From Nemertoderma westbladi (lineage: Eukaryota > Animalia > Xenacoelomorpha): a DNA stretch of 64,000 nucleotides. The translations under genes were made by a program, and so were the position numbers. The notes under the pieces are model-generated. The model made no database searches. It saw only the letters and a list, made by a program, of their open reading frames with translations, and was not told where the DNA came from. This document shows positions 27,056-41,058 of the stretch, in pieces (positions within the stretch are counted from its first letter, which is position 1; the number at the start of each line of letters is the position of its first letter). The DNA is taken from positions 1 through 64,000 of the forward strand of contig JAUCBJ010000251.1 of the NCBI GenBank assembly GCA_032718475.1, read 5' to 3'.

Positions 27056-28545
27056 AGTGTGAAGAGCGTAAATATAAATTCCAGTGTAGTAAGACCTTCT
27101 GCTTTAAGTCTAGCGCGATGTTTCTGTGTCATAAGGTCATGCAGCGATAGGTCCACCAACATGTTATTCTAACCAAAACAAAAAACGAAAGTCAATAACT
27201 CTGGTTATACTTATTTATACTAGAAATCAGCTGCAAATATACAGTAAGTACAAATTATTTCTGCAAAATACGGCGAAACCTAACGACGCAAGACTTAATG
27301 ACAGGCATTGCAGTGGTATCTAATTCGGTGGGATCTAACGCGCATGGAGCTAACGCGACATTTGTGTCTGTTAGTGCAGCACAGTAGTGCAGCACAGTAG
27401 TGCAGCACAGTGCAGCACCCCACTTCTTTCATTACTTCGGCTAACAGAATAACTGATAATTCCGGTGTCAATCTCGTAGGAAATAAATGTTGCATTAATT
27501 TTGCTATAATGCGATGTGCAGTATTGCATATTATATTACACCGCATTTAGTTGTCAGTAGTTGCTATCAGCATACTACTATTGGTTGTTGTTAGCACAAT
27601 AGTTGTATTCTAGAAATTAAATTATAGTCATATATTCCAGCCAATATTGCTTTTATACAGATTTCCTTAATGAATGTTCAGAAGCCGGCAATTTAAACAC
27701 TAGTTATTACCCTGTTAGGGGAATTGATGTGTGGTGTGCACTACTAGCGGTCATTCATTGAACTGGTTGTGTTAGCACAATTAAATCAGTGTCATTAGGT
27801 GTTAGTACTGTCGCGTAAAAAACGTAAATGTGTTGGTGTTAGGATAATATACGATTTGCAGAAGGGGGTGTGTGTGTGTGTGTGTCGGAAGCCATAAATG
27901 TCGGAAGCCATAATCGAAGTTAATATCTTCAGCTAAATTGTATGGTTGAGTCATTTTGAACGGTCTCTCCATGAAAATTAATTGTTTAGCACCACGATTA
28001 AAGTTATTTTACACAGAAATTAGATATCTGGAATCCATGTACCCCATTCCATTATAGTTTTTATTTTTTCAAGTGATTTGCGTTAATAAATGTATTTTTA
28101 ATGGATTTAATTATAATTAACATTGTAAATTCATACCCTGATTCCATTCTCCCCCATAGAGCCTAAGGCATGCATGGCAAGGGCAGCCGTGCCCAATAAT
28201 ATTTCTTTAAGTTCTACATTACTAACATGGCAAGCTAAAGTCATTGACCAAGCCAGTACCTAGGTTAGTACACAAGGACATAGTAGTCCAGTAGAAGGAA
28301 TAGTGCTCCTTCAATACATCTCAACAGACATCAATTCATTTGCCTGTGCCTACCAACGCGTGCTCCATAACATAACATATATTCTTGATTTCCATCACCT
28401 CTCACCACAATTATTATTAGTAATTAAAAGTTTCAATTCGGTTTGTCTTTCCGATATCTGGTTATTCAGTTATTGCATTATTAATAAATAAATGTTTTAA
28501 AATATATCTTACGAAATATGGTTAATAATTAAAACTTGTCGTTAA

Positions 28546-28935
28546 CATTCTCGCTATGGGGGTTTTAAGGAGTGCTGATTACATTTCTGATGTCAGTTTT
28601 CAGGTTTACATAAATCTAGTCTGTCTGTCTGTCGGTCATTCTGTCAGTCAGTCTGTCAAAACATAAAAGAGAATTCAAATTAACTAACATTCTCGTTATG
28701 GTGGTTTTAATGGGTGCTAATTTTATTTCAGATGTCAGTTTTCACGTTTAAAAAATCTAGTCTGTGTGGCTGTCGGTCTTTCTGTCAGTCAGTCTGTGAA
28801 AACTTAAGAAAGTATACTAACTAACCAACATTCTCGCTATGGGGGTTTTAAGGGTTGCTGATTTCATTTCTGATGTCAGTTTACACGTTTACATAAATCT
28901 AGTCTGTTTGTCTGTCGGTCTCTCTGTCAGTCTGA
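28546..28935. repeat. About 141-bp tandem repeat x about 2.8
   Basis: cattctcg(c/t)tatgg.ggttttaa...ttc.gatgtcagttt...aaatctagtctgt...ctgtcagtc at about 28546, 28688 and 28829. Confidence 0.85.
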
Positions 28936-31644
28936 ACTACTGTACTGTGGTTGGCATTACGCCATATACCTAACACTAATAATACAGTCTACAATACAGC
29001 CTATCTACAGTACAGAATGGATTTTTTGCCACGAAGAGCAATAAATGTCATTAATACTATCCGCCAGTATACCTACTCCAAGAGCCTTCCAATAAAACAT
29101 GTATTCCAGAATGACGTCCACTGCACGTCTTCGTGCTGTCCATGGTGACGTGCAGTGGACGTCATTAGGCTCTAAGGAGTTAAGCAACACGGTCCCTACT
29201 TCGCCCTGTCGACACCCCAGCCATTTTTCACCAATCCTTTTTTAGAGTTTTTTAATTCTTTTGGTATTGGTGAAAGTTCTACAACATTAGTAGATATGTT
29301 TTTTTTGATAGCTAGTGTTTTTTTGCTAGCTAGTATTTTTTGAAATTATAAAAAATGTGAAAGTCCATGATATTTCAGGTTAAACTGTTGAAGAATATAT
29401 TAATGACCAAAATAATTTCCAAAAATTACTAGCTAGTAAAAAATACTAGCTATATACCATAAAAAATCTACTAAGGTTCTAGAACATTCACTAATATAAA
29501 AAAGCACTCAAAATCACAAAAAAATAAAGGTTAAAAAACTCATTCGGGACCCTTTTTCTTAAGGAGTCAAAATTGTAGAACAAATTCCCGAAGTTTGCGA
29601 CGTTTGCGAAATTCGCGACGTTTGCGAAATTCGCGAAGAATTCGTCAGTTTCTGTGCCCTAACGGGTTCGTGCCGAAACAATCAAATCTTACACACTTAA
29701 CACACACGAACTAATTCAATGTGTGTATTACTATGCCTGAATAATTAAATAGAAATTAAATTAATGAACGCTATTTCAACATGAAATCTACGGAATCAAT
29801 ACACAACACACGCACACTACTGAATTTAAAAATTTATATAGATTGCAACTTTTATTTGGCTACCTTTTAGGCCTAATGGGTGACTAATTTAATTATTCAC
29901 CCCTATATATTTGTAGCCTTTTTAATTTCTACCTCTAATTGAATCAAACATTAAACTAAAATATATGTCACAATATTGGTCTGTCGGTAGCTGGTCAATG
30001 AATCTCTCATAAATTTGTTAATTAGTCGCTGTTCAGTCATTGAACATTTGAACACGTGCTGCTCGAAGACCTCACAACGTGTATAATATGTCATGCTTTT
30101 GAAAAATGTTTTGACCACTTTTTCGGCTTAAAGTGTTACGTGCCATTTTTATTATCAGGATGGTCTCCTTGCATGATTATTGAATATAAATATAAAATTG
30201 TATAAAACAAATTTAATGATATTTGGTCTTACAAAATAAATGGACCAATAACTACACAGCATTTACGACGTTGATTCCATAAAGTTAATGCGACCCAAAT
30301 TCTTGGGTAAACTCATCCACTCCACACACTCCTGATGCCAATTTTACTCGTTTAATAATTTCATGTTCTGGAATATTGGCTGTTTTCATTAACGTCGTAT
30401 AGACCCAAAGTTATAATAATTCCTGAATGTGTTTGTGGATATTATTCAAATTACGTTGCAAATTCGAATTTACGGTTGATTACTGAATTTAAAAAAATGT
30501 TTCGATCCGTATTGGGGAAATATCATTTAGGCTATCAATCGAGTGATAATCTAATTATTTCACACAAAATAGAAAGTTATTCGGTATAATTATTTACCTA
30601 GTTCTATTATCATCAATTCGATGTGTTCCTTAATTTAATATTATTTATTGTTATCGGACTTATTTAAATATAAAGAAACTAGAAATTACCAAGTACCATT
30701 GTAGTTGTATTGTAGATCTCTTTGAGACTAACTTTCTGAGTTTTTATTCATTAAAATAATATTTAATTGAACGAAATAATAATTCATTATTCATATTATC
30801 CATAATTAAATTTATTTTTTTTTCATTATTTGATTATATTATTGTTTTGCCGCATTTATATTTAAAATAGTAGAGTATATGAAATTTAATACGTGTGAGC
30901 CATCGCGAATCGCGTATCCTTCATCCAAATGTCAGAGAGACCAAAGTTTTCTTATAAAAGGGGCAGTGGCCGTTAGTTCTCCTTAGCCACCGATAGACGA
31001 ACCAGAAGGCTACCACTTCGCACTATGTACATAAAAAAAAGAAAGGAAAAGAATACCTAAGCCATGAGGTATTTTAAAAAAAGGGGGGGGTGGGGTGGTA
31101 ACGTTTTCGTAATGTTGTTGGTACTGTGCAGAATATAGATTAGATATAAATTAGATTAGATAGGATCTAAGTTCGTATGTCTTTCTGGATATAAATTCGC
31201 CAGGAGCGCAGTATTTTCTAATCTGAGCTTGGGTTAGATTGTTTCAGGTTGTTTTGTGTTTTGTATGTACTGTACTGTACCCCTAATTATTAAAGCTTTG
31301 TACCTGTGGAACCTTCGGTAGAATAGGACTATTTATTGGGATCGGATAATGTGGATGGCCATTAGTACGAAATACTTTGACTGGTTATTTAAACATCTCG
31401 AGTCACTACAATGGACAATTATTCAAAGGCGTCGTCGGCGTTGTATAGATGTATTAAATATCCAACCAGCGAATAATATTTCATATAAAGTTCTTGCTTT
31501 TATCAAAGTATGTACTTGACCCACTCTATTACTCTATGTTTCAGCACTTCTTCTTCATTAAAAACAATTATTCTTTCTGAGAAATATCAGAATTTTTCAA
31601 TTTGTTTTTACAGTAGCCTAAGTGAGATTATATAGATTATATAT

Positions 31645-33150
31645 TATTAAGCGAGCTTAGCATACAGGTACCACTAACTCAATCGGTGTGTCTGTTGATC
31701 TGTCGATCTGTTGTTCTGTCGTGTCCAATTTTAAACGTTAATAACTATATAAACTATATAATAAATGTTAATGAAATTTAACCAAACTTGGTACATGTAC
31801 AATGTAGTCTGGCCAAAGTTTAGAAATTTTCCAAGTTGAATTTTCGCGTGGCCTTCGAGAAGCTAAGATAATAGCACTTAATTAGTTAATTAAGTTGATT
31901 ACGGTAACAACATCAATTTCAACCTGCCTCCTTAAAGGATATTAATTTTTTCTAGTATAAGATTTAAATAATTATACTTAAAAGTTATACAGCTGTAATC
32001 CCCATACAACATTCCATTATAGTTTTTAATTAGTTCAAGTGATTTGCTTTAATAAATGTGTCTTTAATTGATCTAAACGTAATTAAAGCGGCGCAATTAT
32101 TGAGTACAAATTTAATCCTTCCCATTATTGGTCAACATAGTCTCTGCGGGGGTGTAGAGCTGCTAGCTGGCATGGAGATGTTTGTGTAGCCTTACCAGGG
32201 CAGAGGGGAATTGTACTGTAATAGGCAGCCAGTAGTATTGCTATAGCAACACAGACATAACTCCAACCACACTGCCTGTATTTCAATTCCTATTGACTCT
32301 ATACTATAAATGTTGTATTACCTACTATCTCAGGTGACAGAAGATTTAATGACATAAGTACTCATGGCTGTTGTAGGCTTATATCTGAAATAGTTTATTC
32401 CGCAATATATTTGTCTGGTTATTTTTTAATTGAATTTTTGCAAAGTAGTAAAATTAATGTTCTTAAAAATAATATTATTATTTTTTATGTAACCTAGGAA
32501 ATTAACTACATAATATCGCTGCAGCTTTAAGAGTGTACACTGATTTAATATTATTTCAATACCCATATTACTACATCGGCATACGATGCGTTGGCGTTGT
32601 ATCACACATCTCCACATAGATGTATCAGCAGTTACTCGCACAGTTTCGAAACTTCGCATAGATATAACTGTATGAAGATCGTCAGTCTTGGTTTAGGAAA
32701 AATATTTTAATGCAAAACAGGACGAGCGACGAGCGCAACGAGGCATATAATGAAGATCAATACTGCGTAGACTATATTCCTATAAACCATACCTGGCTTC
32801 GCCTATTGAAGGCATCGGTAGTTATAAAGATCGTCCGTCAGTCTGGGTTTAGGAAAAATGTTTAAATACAAAACAGGACGAGCACAACGACGTTTATAAT
32901 AATAAAGACGAGTACTGCCTACAGCGTTGAAGGCATCGGTAGTTATAAATTACTGGTGGGTGGGAAAGGTGGGGGGGGGGGGGGGGGGGGTGCAGATTAA
33001 AAGGGGTGAACACGTACTGTCCCCCTTTCTTTGATTGATTGGTGGTGTGGGTAAATTTCTCAAAACCTGATTTTGTGATACAGTCGCTCAATTTTAATCT
33101 GTATCTGATAACTGAACCTCGTCCTGCGCGATGGCCCCACGAACGTGTTA
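31645..33150 (+). mobile_element. Helentron/DINE-1-like non-autonomous element, copy 1
   Basis: About 1.5-kb collinear match to 52307-53933; 5' ctgtcg microsatellite and 3' GC-rich stem-loop. Confidence 0.75.
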
Positions 33151-33159
33151 CCGGTTATT

Positions 33160-33352
33160 AACAGTTATACAATTTTTGCACAGGCTATCCAACAGTTATC
33201 CAATTTTTGCACAGGCTATCCAACAGTTATCCAATTTTTGCACAGGCTATCCAACAGTTATCCAATTTTTGCACAGGCTATCCAACAGTTATCCAATTTT
33301 TGCACCTATGCAACAGTTATCCAATTTGTGCACAGGCTATCCAACAATTATC
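33160..33352. repeat. 31-bp tandem repeat x about 6
   Basis: aacagttatccaatttttgcacaggctatcc. Confidence 0.92.
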
Positions 33353-33959
33353 GAAAATGTATCGCCCCACCTCCTCACTCAATTTTAAGTTGGATACCGT
33401 TGTCCAATTTCACCGCTTCTTACTCATCTCATTAGTCCCACCATAGGACTGATCCTCCACCCGACTCGCTCACCACACTTTCCCGAATGTTGCACTCCTT
33501 AGCATCCTTCACCCTTCCTGTAACTCTTGTATTTCAACATCACACCCCCTTTTACTCAACCCTTCTATTCTCATTCTCTCACTCCTGTCGGATTCCCACA
33601 ATCTCATTCAAGAGGCCTCACTTGAGAAATGGGATCTGTACAATGTCTCATCCTCCTGTTTCAGTCAGTGAGTCCCACATCCCACTAGCTAATTGAGAAA
33701 GGTTATGTTTGACTATATACTAAATACTTGGTGGTTATATTATCTAATCTACGTAATATATTTCACTTCTGATTAATTGCACTATGTATTAATTTGATTA
33801 TTTATATTTATGGTGGGACTTCTGAGTTCTTGTAAACATTAGTTTGTAGTTCTGATGATGCCTTCCAGGCATATAGATGCCACCATGAATCTAGAACGAA
33901 TCTAGAATCACCCTCCCATCTTCTCCAGAAACCACCATAGTTATTTACCCCTGTCGTCA

Positions 33960-36900
33960 TCCTGTCATGGACGCTTCCAATCATGCCGCTTGTTCTTAAT
34001 CGCGGTCGTATGCACCACCACGGCCTTACTAATCCCTGTGGTTGGTTCCCTGGGCATGGCCGTTATCATAACTCGATAACACTTCACTGGCAGTCCCGTC
34101 GAGTGTTCCTCCTGTCTTCCTCTGTTGGTGTCCCATATGATGATCCTCATCGTGCGGGGTATGTGTTCTCCTCGAAAATCTCCAAACCCTTCTTTGTTCT
34201 CTGTCAACCACCTATTGAGGTATCACTGCGTATTAGTAACCCCTCGGTGCGATGCAGCTGTCGTTACCTCCTGGTAGGTGAACGGTAACCTCCTCCTGGT
34301 CAATTCTCATTGTGTCTCATGGTTGATATTGAAAAAACCAAATCAGAATTCCTGGGCCTTCATTGTCTGTCTGGTCATGAGACCTACGTTGGCCCAGTCT
34401 TTGAAAGTTGGTGGTGGTAGGTTCCAAGCATATTGCTCAGTGAGTCTAATGCTCCTATTTACACGGCGCATTTGTAGATGCTAGCCACTGTTTTGCTATC
34501 TCATAGTTGTAGAGAGCAACTTTAAGATTTTCACAGAAGAGAGCTCTGGTAGTGGCCATTGACGCAGGTGGTGGACCCATTGAGAATTTTCAAAGCAGCC
34601 TGGTTGTCCCAAGAGAGAAATTTAGATGAGTCGGGAAGAGTTCCATGCGACTTGGTGGTCCAGAACCACTGTAACTGTTCGTGGGGGTGGCGTTAGTTTC
34701 CGCAGCTGAAGGGACAATGTGAACCGTGGTGTCCTGGATGACCGTAATGTGAAGCTGTCGTCGTCACCAGTGCCGGAGTCTATGAACTCGACACAAGATT
34801 TGCAGGTCCATCCAAAGTTTGTGAGGACTGCATATAATGAGCAGGGGGGTCCCACATGGTAGCCAAGGGAATGGATAGCTTTGAATACATTGAATACTGA
34901 CTTTACTGGAGTCTCGGAAGGTAGATCCAAATCAGAGAGGTGCTTCCACCTCTCTTTCAGTCGGGGCGCATCGAGGTCATAGGAAGGGATGTTTAGCATA
35001 GGAATGGTATAGGCGATAGGTACCAGAAACTCAGCTCCAGATTTGGAAATGTTTCCAACTGAGATAGATACAGTTCTGGATCGGAATGCGTAGCCATCAG
35101 AGTTTATCGTAGAGAGCCAAATATTCCTGGCTCTACCTGGTAGACCTAGCCATTTAGCCAGACTCTCGAGGATGAGTGTAGCCTGGCTCCCAAGTTCGAT
35201 TAAGGCCAGAGTTTGTAGCAATTTCCTGGCTGGAGAGATGACACGAATCAGGATGATTTGGTGAGAGATGAAGCTTCCACCTCTGTGCGCCGAGGTGGTG
35301 AAGATACCAGATGCTTTGGAGGCTGGATCCGCTGGGGTGTGGGGACCAGGAGTATAGGCAGGGGGGGGGGGGGGGGGGTGAAGGAGTTTGTGGTGTCGTT
35401 TGTTGCAACCATCGAGTTTGCATGGTTTCTTGCAGCCGCAATCGGTAGAGCGATATTTCTTGACTAGGCAAGCAAATCAGTGTCCCTGGTCTTTAGCGAG
35501 GGCGATGCAATCTCTCAGCATTAGTTGCTTGAACCCGGGACAGGATGGAAGCGAGTAATTTTTGCAGCATTTTGGGCAGCCATTTCACTCCCTGATCACT
35601 GGGACTGTGCTCAAATCACCAATGATTGCGCAGATGGTTGACTGGGATGGCCATGGTGGTTTCGAGTTATCTTTATTCCCCTTTGGGCGTCTGGAGTTGT
35701 CCTAGCAAGGCACCGAACCCCGATGAAGAATTTGGGTTGTTTTGTATCAATGTATAAGTTGGGGTTGTTGATCATTTCGGCGACACTGTCTTGAATGAGG
35801 GGCAACTGTGGCTATGACGTTGTGGACCAGCGCTTTGAATGAGATGATGAACGATAGCTATTACTTCATTGACCTGTCGAATTGTTCAATGTCAATCTGG
35901 GGATAGGAGAGAGCAATTAACGGATCATTGAACCTGCCATTAGACCTTGTGGTCCCAGTGGATTGAGTCCGAATGTTGTGGATCTAGTCATTGTGAGTTG
36001 GTCATTGTGGTAGCGGAGCGGGATGGGATCCTGCTCAAAGTTCATTCCAATGAAACTTCACCTCCAGGGAGGACCTGGGAGGAAGCCGGGAACTCTCAGA
36101 GTGGGCCTGGCTGGGGACTCTAATGGGGGCAGTTTCCCAAGGAGTGGCAATTGGCCCTTTGGAATTAGCCATTGTCAATCTGAAGCCGAGCTCTGAAGTC
36201 GGGAAGAACTTTGGCGAGTTTGTGCTGAGAGAGTGTGCAACGGATGGGTAGTTGAGAGGAAAATGAGTCCCAATGGAGGAGGGAAATGGGTTCACAGGAG
36301 CTGAGGTCACCCAACTAGGAGGGGGTAGGAATAATGGGTTTCCAGTCATCGATGGTACCATGAGGGTGGCAGCCGGCGCTCAGAGAGGCTGGCTCATGTA
36401 GGCTGTGGAATGTCAGGATTCTCTCCAATGTTAGACAATGTTGTCCTATGGGAGTGGAGCAAGAAATGAGATGGCAACACTCCACTCTCAGTTTGAGTTC
36501 TTTCCGATTTGTCGCGTTGGCGAGTTTCTGGTGCTCGGACTGCATTCTCGCATCTTGGGCAGCCTGCAGATCAGCCAGCTCATATGCTCAGTTGCGTAGA
36601 GACTGAGTTTTGTCAAAGTGCTCGAGTTCGAGGTTGGCTTTGAGTTCTTGATGGGTTGATCATGCACTCATTCGAGAAGTTGCACCTGAGATAATGGACC
36701 AGATGCCAGAATGGGTGGATAGGTAGGTTTGCGCAGCTGTACGGCATGCATTAGCTGCATCACGCCCTAACCGCATTCTCAAAGTGGCTACCCATTTGGA
36801 GCAATTCCTCTTGAGCATCGACGCACTCCTGAATGGTGTCAGTTAGGTCTTCCAGTCGCAGTTTTAGTGTACTGCGGCTGCCCTGACCTTCGATGTGGTT

Positions 36901-37245
36901 GCTTATTCAGTTTATGAATCTGGTTAAGCGGGATTTCGCTGTCATCTTGTTTTGTTTGAGAAAGTTTATACCGGTATCGGCTGCTTCAGGTTCTACTGAT
37001 ACTATCAGCACTACTGCTTCTCCTTCAATTTCAACTTGATCGAGTTGCGGGGGGTCTTCTTCCACGATGTCAACTAGAGGTGGTTCAATGTTTGATTGCA
37101 TTTCTACGTTGTCCACCAGTTAGCCATGAAACCAATCGAAAGGAATGTTCGGATCGGCATCCGTGTCAGCATTGGAATCCATAGCTAAATTGCAATAATT
37201 TATTACTGTTGGGTGAAGTTGAGTAGATTCCTGGCCAATGCACCA
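33960..37245 (-). mobile_element. Heavily degraded, internally deleted BEL/Pao LTR retrotransposon
   Basis: Gag-like N-terminus, Cys-knuckle remnants at about 35440-35580, protease-like TLALIELGSQATLI and A..T.FGWT, integrase C-terminal remnants at about 34000-34450, PBS at 37228-37245. Confidence 0.75.
37226..37245 (-). promoter_or_regulatory. tRNA-Gly primer-binding site of the LTR element
   Basis: Minus strand reads ...CACCACA|TGGTGCATTGGCCAGGAATC, complementary to the tRNA-Gly 3' end and directly after a CA LTR end. Confidence 0.8.
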
Positions 37246-39094
37246 TGTGGTGAGCATCACAATCTCAACAACAATCAAGTGGGCTTGTGAGGTGTTTAGA
37301 CTTTGGCAAAGGGGGTGAAGTTATAGCGCAGAGAATGGGGGCGATGGTTCTGTGGTATTTATAAATAGAGTTTAGAAGCACCAATTATAATTTATTTAAA
37401 AATAGGGCAGAACAGGCAGCGAAATAAAATCAGATGTAAAATGCGCAGAATATTAGCAGAATAAAATACCTAAGTAAATTAGGCAACAAAGCAACAACTA
37501 TAAACGAAGCAACTGACAACTGAATAAAATACCAATATGTGGTCATATTTATAGGTGGTATGAGCGCAATATGGAATCACCTAATATACCTCAATCAAAT
37601 AAAATAGATTCAGGTGACAACAGGTTGAACAACCAATGACAGCAAAGCAATTATGTATGCATCTGACAATCATCAAATTAATCACATGACCAATAAATGT
37701 AAGGCGAGTCTACAGTAGGCACAGAGAAATCCCAAGGCCGGGGGGGGGGGGGAATTCCATCATAATGTTTGTGACGGGATCAAGGGATCCCGACCGGGTT
37801 AATTGTCCATAGACGTCACCGCAGGCTGGGATCTTAGTAGTTGTTTTGGCCGAGGCCGTAAGAGAAAATCGGATTGAGTTTGTATTGTTGTCCGACGGTC
37901 TGATATAATAAAATTTGAATAACTGGTAATAATGTAGTACAGCAGTAGTAAGTAGATAATGGCGACAGTGACGGTGGAACAATATCGCCCGTCTGCACTG
38001 AAACCAATAACTGAATGACTGGACCGGTAACGGCTTGCATTGATAATATATATCTATAATTACTCCTACATTACCGTGGCCTCTTACTAAGCGGATGCTT
38101 CCCTCGCCCCTATTGGCTAATAATCTACTTCACGCCTCTCCCCTCTCTGGGAGTGTTTCCCCCCTGCTGTTGGCCCCTGCTGGTTGTTTCCTCTCCCGAG
38201 GTGATTTGACCTCTAACCTCCCTTTGTGTGGCTTTGGGGTTTGTGTTCTCCCCAGTGTTGGTTGTGATACGAGATTGGTTATTGCCAATCTCGTATCTCC
38301 AACATATTGCTGAAAAGGTGCCACTTCCCAACTTTGTGAGGGTAATGCGGCGGAATTGAATCCGCTCACAATGTTGATTGTCAATATTGCCGCACGGTAC
38401 AGTAATGAGAGCAATAATGGAGAGAGGACATGCGGCAGCAACAGCCTGTATTGGATGCAAATATCTGCAGTTTTTGAACAGCCATTCTCAGCTATTTCTC
38501 AACGACATTAACATTTATTTACAAATTTGGAAACCTTGTATCAAAACCTTTCCCTTGGTATCAACAAATAAGGAAGAAGAAATAACTGCTTTGCAGTGTT
38601 GCGGCCTATAGGATGGAACGCTGTAAATTAATCAATGACATGGAAACAACTTCAATTACCGTATTCCAGAATGCATTATTTCCATAAATATTAATGGGTG
38701 CTGCTTTATTATCCAGTTTGCAGTGACGGGACAAGCTACTGTATGTAAATAATTGGTTAACGTGTACTGTAATCCATTATGGTGAAACGTCCAATAGAAG
38801 ACACTAAAATAACCAAAAAAAATGGCGACAATGTTCACGGACAGGGCGGATGGTGTCTAAGTTTGCTTTAGTCGATTATTAGTTAAGATGGATTAATGAT
38901 TTATCACATCCAAGCAGGAGATAACTTCCAATAAACTTGAATTAGATTTAAATATATAATTAATACTGTGTACCTGTTAATAAATTTCACTTTTATTCGA
39001 TATAGTACATGATTAAAATGTATAAATGAGTATCCATAAAATCCTTTCTTCACATACTGAACGCTGATAAGTTGACATAATGTAATAAAATTAC

Positions 39095-39690
39095 ATACAT
39101 CATTGCTTGCAAAGGTCACTTTTCAACATTAAAGACCCTTGTTTATTTATGTAATCTTCCCTCACTGCGCTCGCCCGGTACATAAATAAACTAGGGTCAT
39201 AACGCTGCTAGTTTGCACACAATGATGTAAATAGTTACTAATAATTATAATAATAAGGGTGATTTTAAAATAAAATTACATATTGTACGATAAATAAAAC
39301 ACGTTATTTATCTTTTCGCCCCTCGATCTGACTTATTTACCTCCCTCATTGCGCTCGGTTAGTTAATAACTAATCTTGGGACGAACGGTAAATAATGCTT
39401 ATTTTATTTACTGTACAATAAATAGTTATTATTTTTTTGAAAACAAAACTCAAATCCTGTCTACCAAGTTTCTTTTATATGAAAAATATTTAAATATTTT
39501 TCTTATATTAGAGAAAAAGGTAAATAATAATGTTAATCGGGGAGATTAAAATTTGTTGGAAGGCCGAAAAAGGCTGGTAAAGTTCTAATAGAACCATATT
39601 GAAAGATATGGTTCAATAAGTCCTATCTTTCAATTATGGTTATATTTACCAGCGGGTGTCGGCTTTAAATCTTTGATATTAATTTTGTCT
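39095..39690. repeat. Three adjacent foldback (palindromic) mini-elements
   Basis: tacatcattg...gtttatttatgta / tacataaataaac...caatgatgta; tattgtac...gtacaata; accatattgaaagata / tatctttcaattatggt. The first two share the loop ccctca(c/t)tgcgctcg. Confidence 0.65.
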
Positions 39691-39924
39691 TATACATTAA
39701 AATAGTTTTGAAAGGAATATTTGAATCGATTTTTTTTTACTCAAGTAGTAATTATTAGTAGGCCTACACAGTGTATCGAAAAGCTATAAACAATTTATTA
39801 AATAGCCTACTACAATTGGATGATAATACTGTAAACAGGCATATTCTTAATTGGTATTATGACATATTATTGTTCTACAACATTGATATTTATATTAAAT
39901 TTTTTAACTTTTTGGGACACTATT

Positions 39925-41058
39925 ATGGCCAACACAACAAATGCTACAACAGCGAGTAGATTGTATTGGTTTGAAAACGTTACCGATGCAGAAGCTAAAC
40001 CAATATTTGATTCATATGCATCATTTCGAAGTACGATCCAACAATATACAAACCCAATTATCCTTCCCTACTCAGCAATTTACACAATATTCGGAATAAT
40101 TGGATATATTCTAACATTTATTGTCGTTGCCAAGGAAACCAAATTGAATACGTTATTCTACAAGTTGCTTTGTTTGGATGGCGTTACTGAAATATTTGCA
40201 ATGGTTGTTGAGTTTGTGAAAATTCTTAGAAATGGTGATTATTTGTGCTTAGCAGCCCCACAACCAATTGCAGGTTATATTAACTGTAGTACGTCATTCT
40301 TTGCCTTCTTGGCCGCATACCATTGGCCCCTTCTTCGCATTGGTCAAGATTTATCATGCTGGACCGCTATTATGATATCTTTAGATCGTGTATTTGCAGT
40401 CTATCGACCCATAAAATATAAATCTATCAGTCAATATCAATATAAAATATTATGTTTGTCTGCGGGAGTTTTGATCGGAGCAGCGATAATTATCATCATG
40501 GCATTTATCGGTGAATACGATATACACATGAATACAAATATGACAGCTTGGAATTCTTTTAAAATGGATTTAGAGGGATTCCAAAAAATATATTACAAGG
40601 GAATCGTTCATTATTACATTCCGGGTAAACAATTTATCCATTTACTTGTTATAGTTTCTCTGGCTATTGCAGTAGTTATTAAAGTTAAGAAAATATCAAA
40701 AGGTCACCAACAGAATAAGGAAAGATTAGAAAAAGATCGTAGTCTTATTTACATGATGGTACTAATTACCTTTATGACATCTCTCAAGCTATTGGTTTTG
40801 GATATTTACTTCTTGATGAATAACCTCGGTTTATTTCCAGCTTCTCGAAAATTTAACACAGCTGCAGCCTCTTTAAAAGATATCATTAGTTACTATTGGT
40901 GGGCTAAATGCATTACGATATGTTTATTGGTTAATGAAGTCATAACTATTGTTTATGCATTAAATTTTTACGTTATGATGTTATTTGTTGGCAGTTGGAG
41001 GCAAGCTGTTTGTAACATACTCATCGCTCCTATAAAACGATTAGTAACATTTAACTGA
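39925..41058 (+). CDS. Intronless class A (rhodopsin-like) 7TM GPCR, divergent peptide-receptor/chemoreceptor type
   Basis: Seven hydrophobic segments; ISLDRVFAVYRPIKY at TM3; NFYVMML in TM7; N-terminal N-glycosylation sites (NTT, NAT, NVT). Likely start ATG 39925. Confidence 0.88.
   Translation: MANTTNATTASRLYWFENVTDAEAKPIFDSYASFRSTIQQYTNPIILPYSAIYTIFGIIGYILTFIVVAKETKLNTLFYKLLCLDGVTEIFAMVVEFVKILRNGDYLCLAAPQPIAGYINCSTSFFAFLAAYHWPLLRIGQDLSCWTAIMISLDRVFAVYRPIKYKSISQYQYKILCLSAGVLIGAAIIIIMAFIGEYDIHMNTNMTAWNSFKMDLEGFQKIYYKGIVHYYIPGKQFIHLLVIVSLAIAVVIKVKKISKGHQQNKERLEKDRSLIYMMVLITFMTSLKLLVLDIYFLMNNLGLFPASRKFNTAAASLKDIISYYWWAKCITICLLVNEVITIVYALNFYVMMLFVGSWRQAVCNILIAPIKRLVTFN

Noticed and set aside
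30894-31030. Short TG...CA segment with tataaaagggg as a solo LTR or small-RNA gene
   Set aside because: No TSD, no second copy and no recognisable RNA structure.
33853-33880. Hammerhead-like CTGATGA followed by a GCC...GGC hairpin
   Set aside because: No GAAA core or stem I/III pairing follows.
37226-37245. tRNA-Gly gene
   Set aside because: Only the 3' 20 nt including CCA is present, next to an LTR end; this is a primer-binding site.
37710-38850. Short ORFs and a hairpin (38267-38298) as a gene or a second LTR element
   Set aside because: No recognisable domain, paired LTR or convincing PBS.
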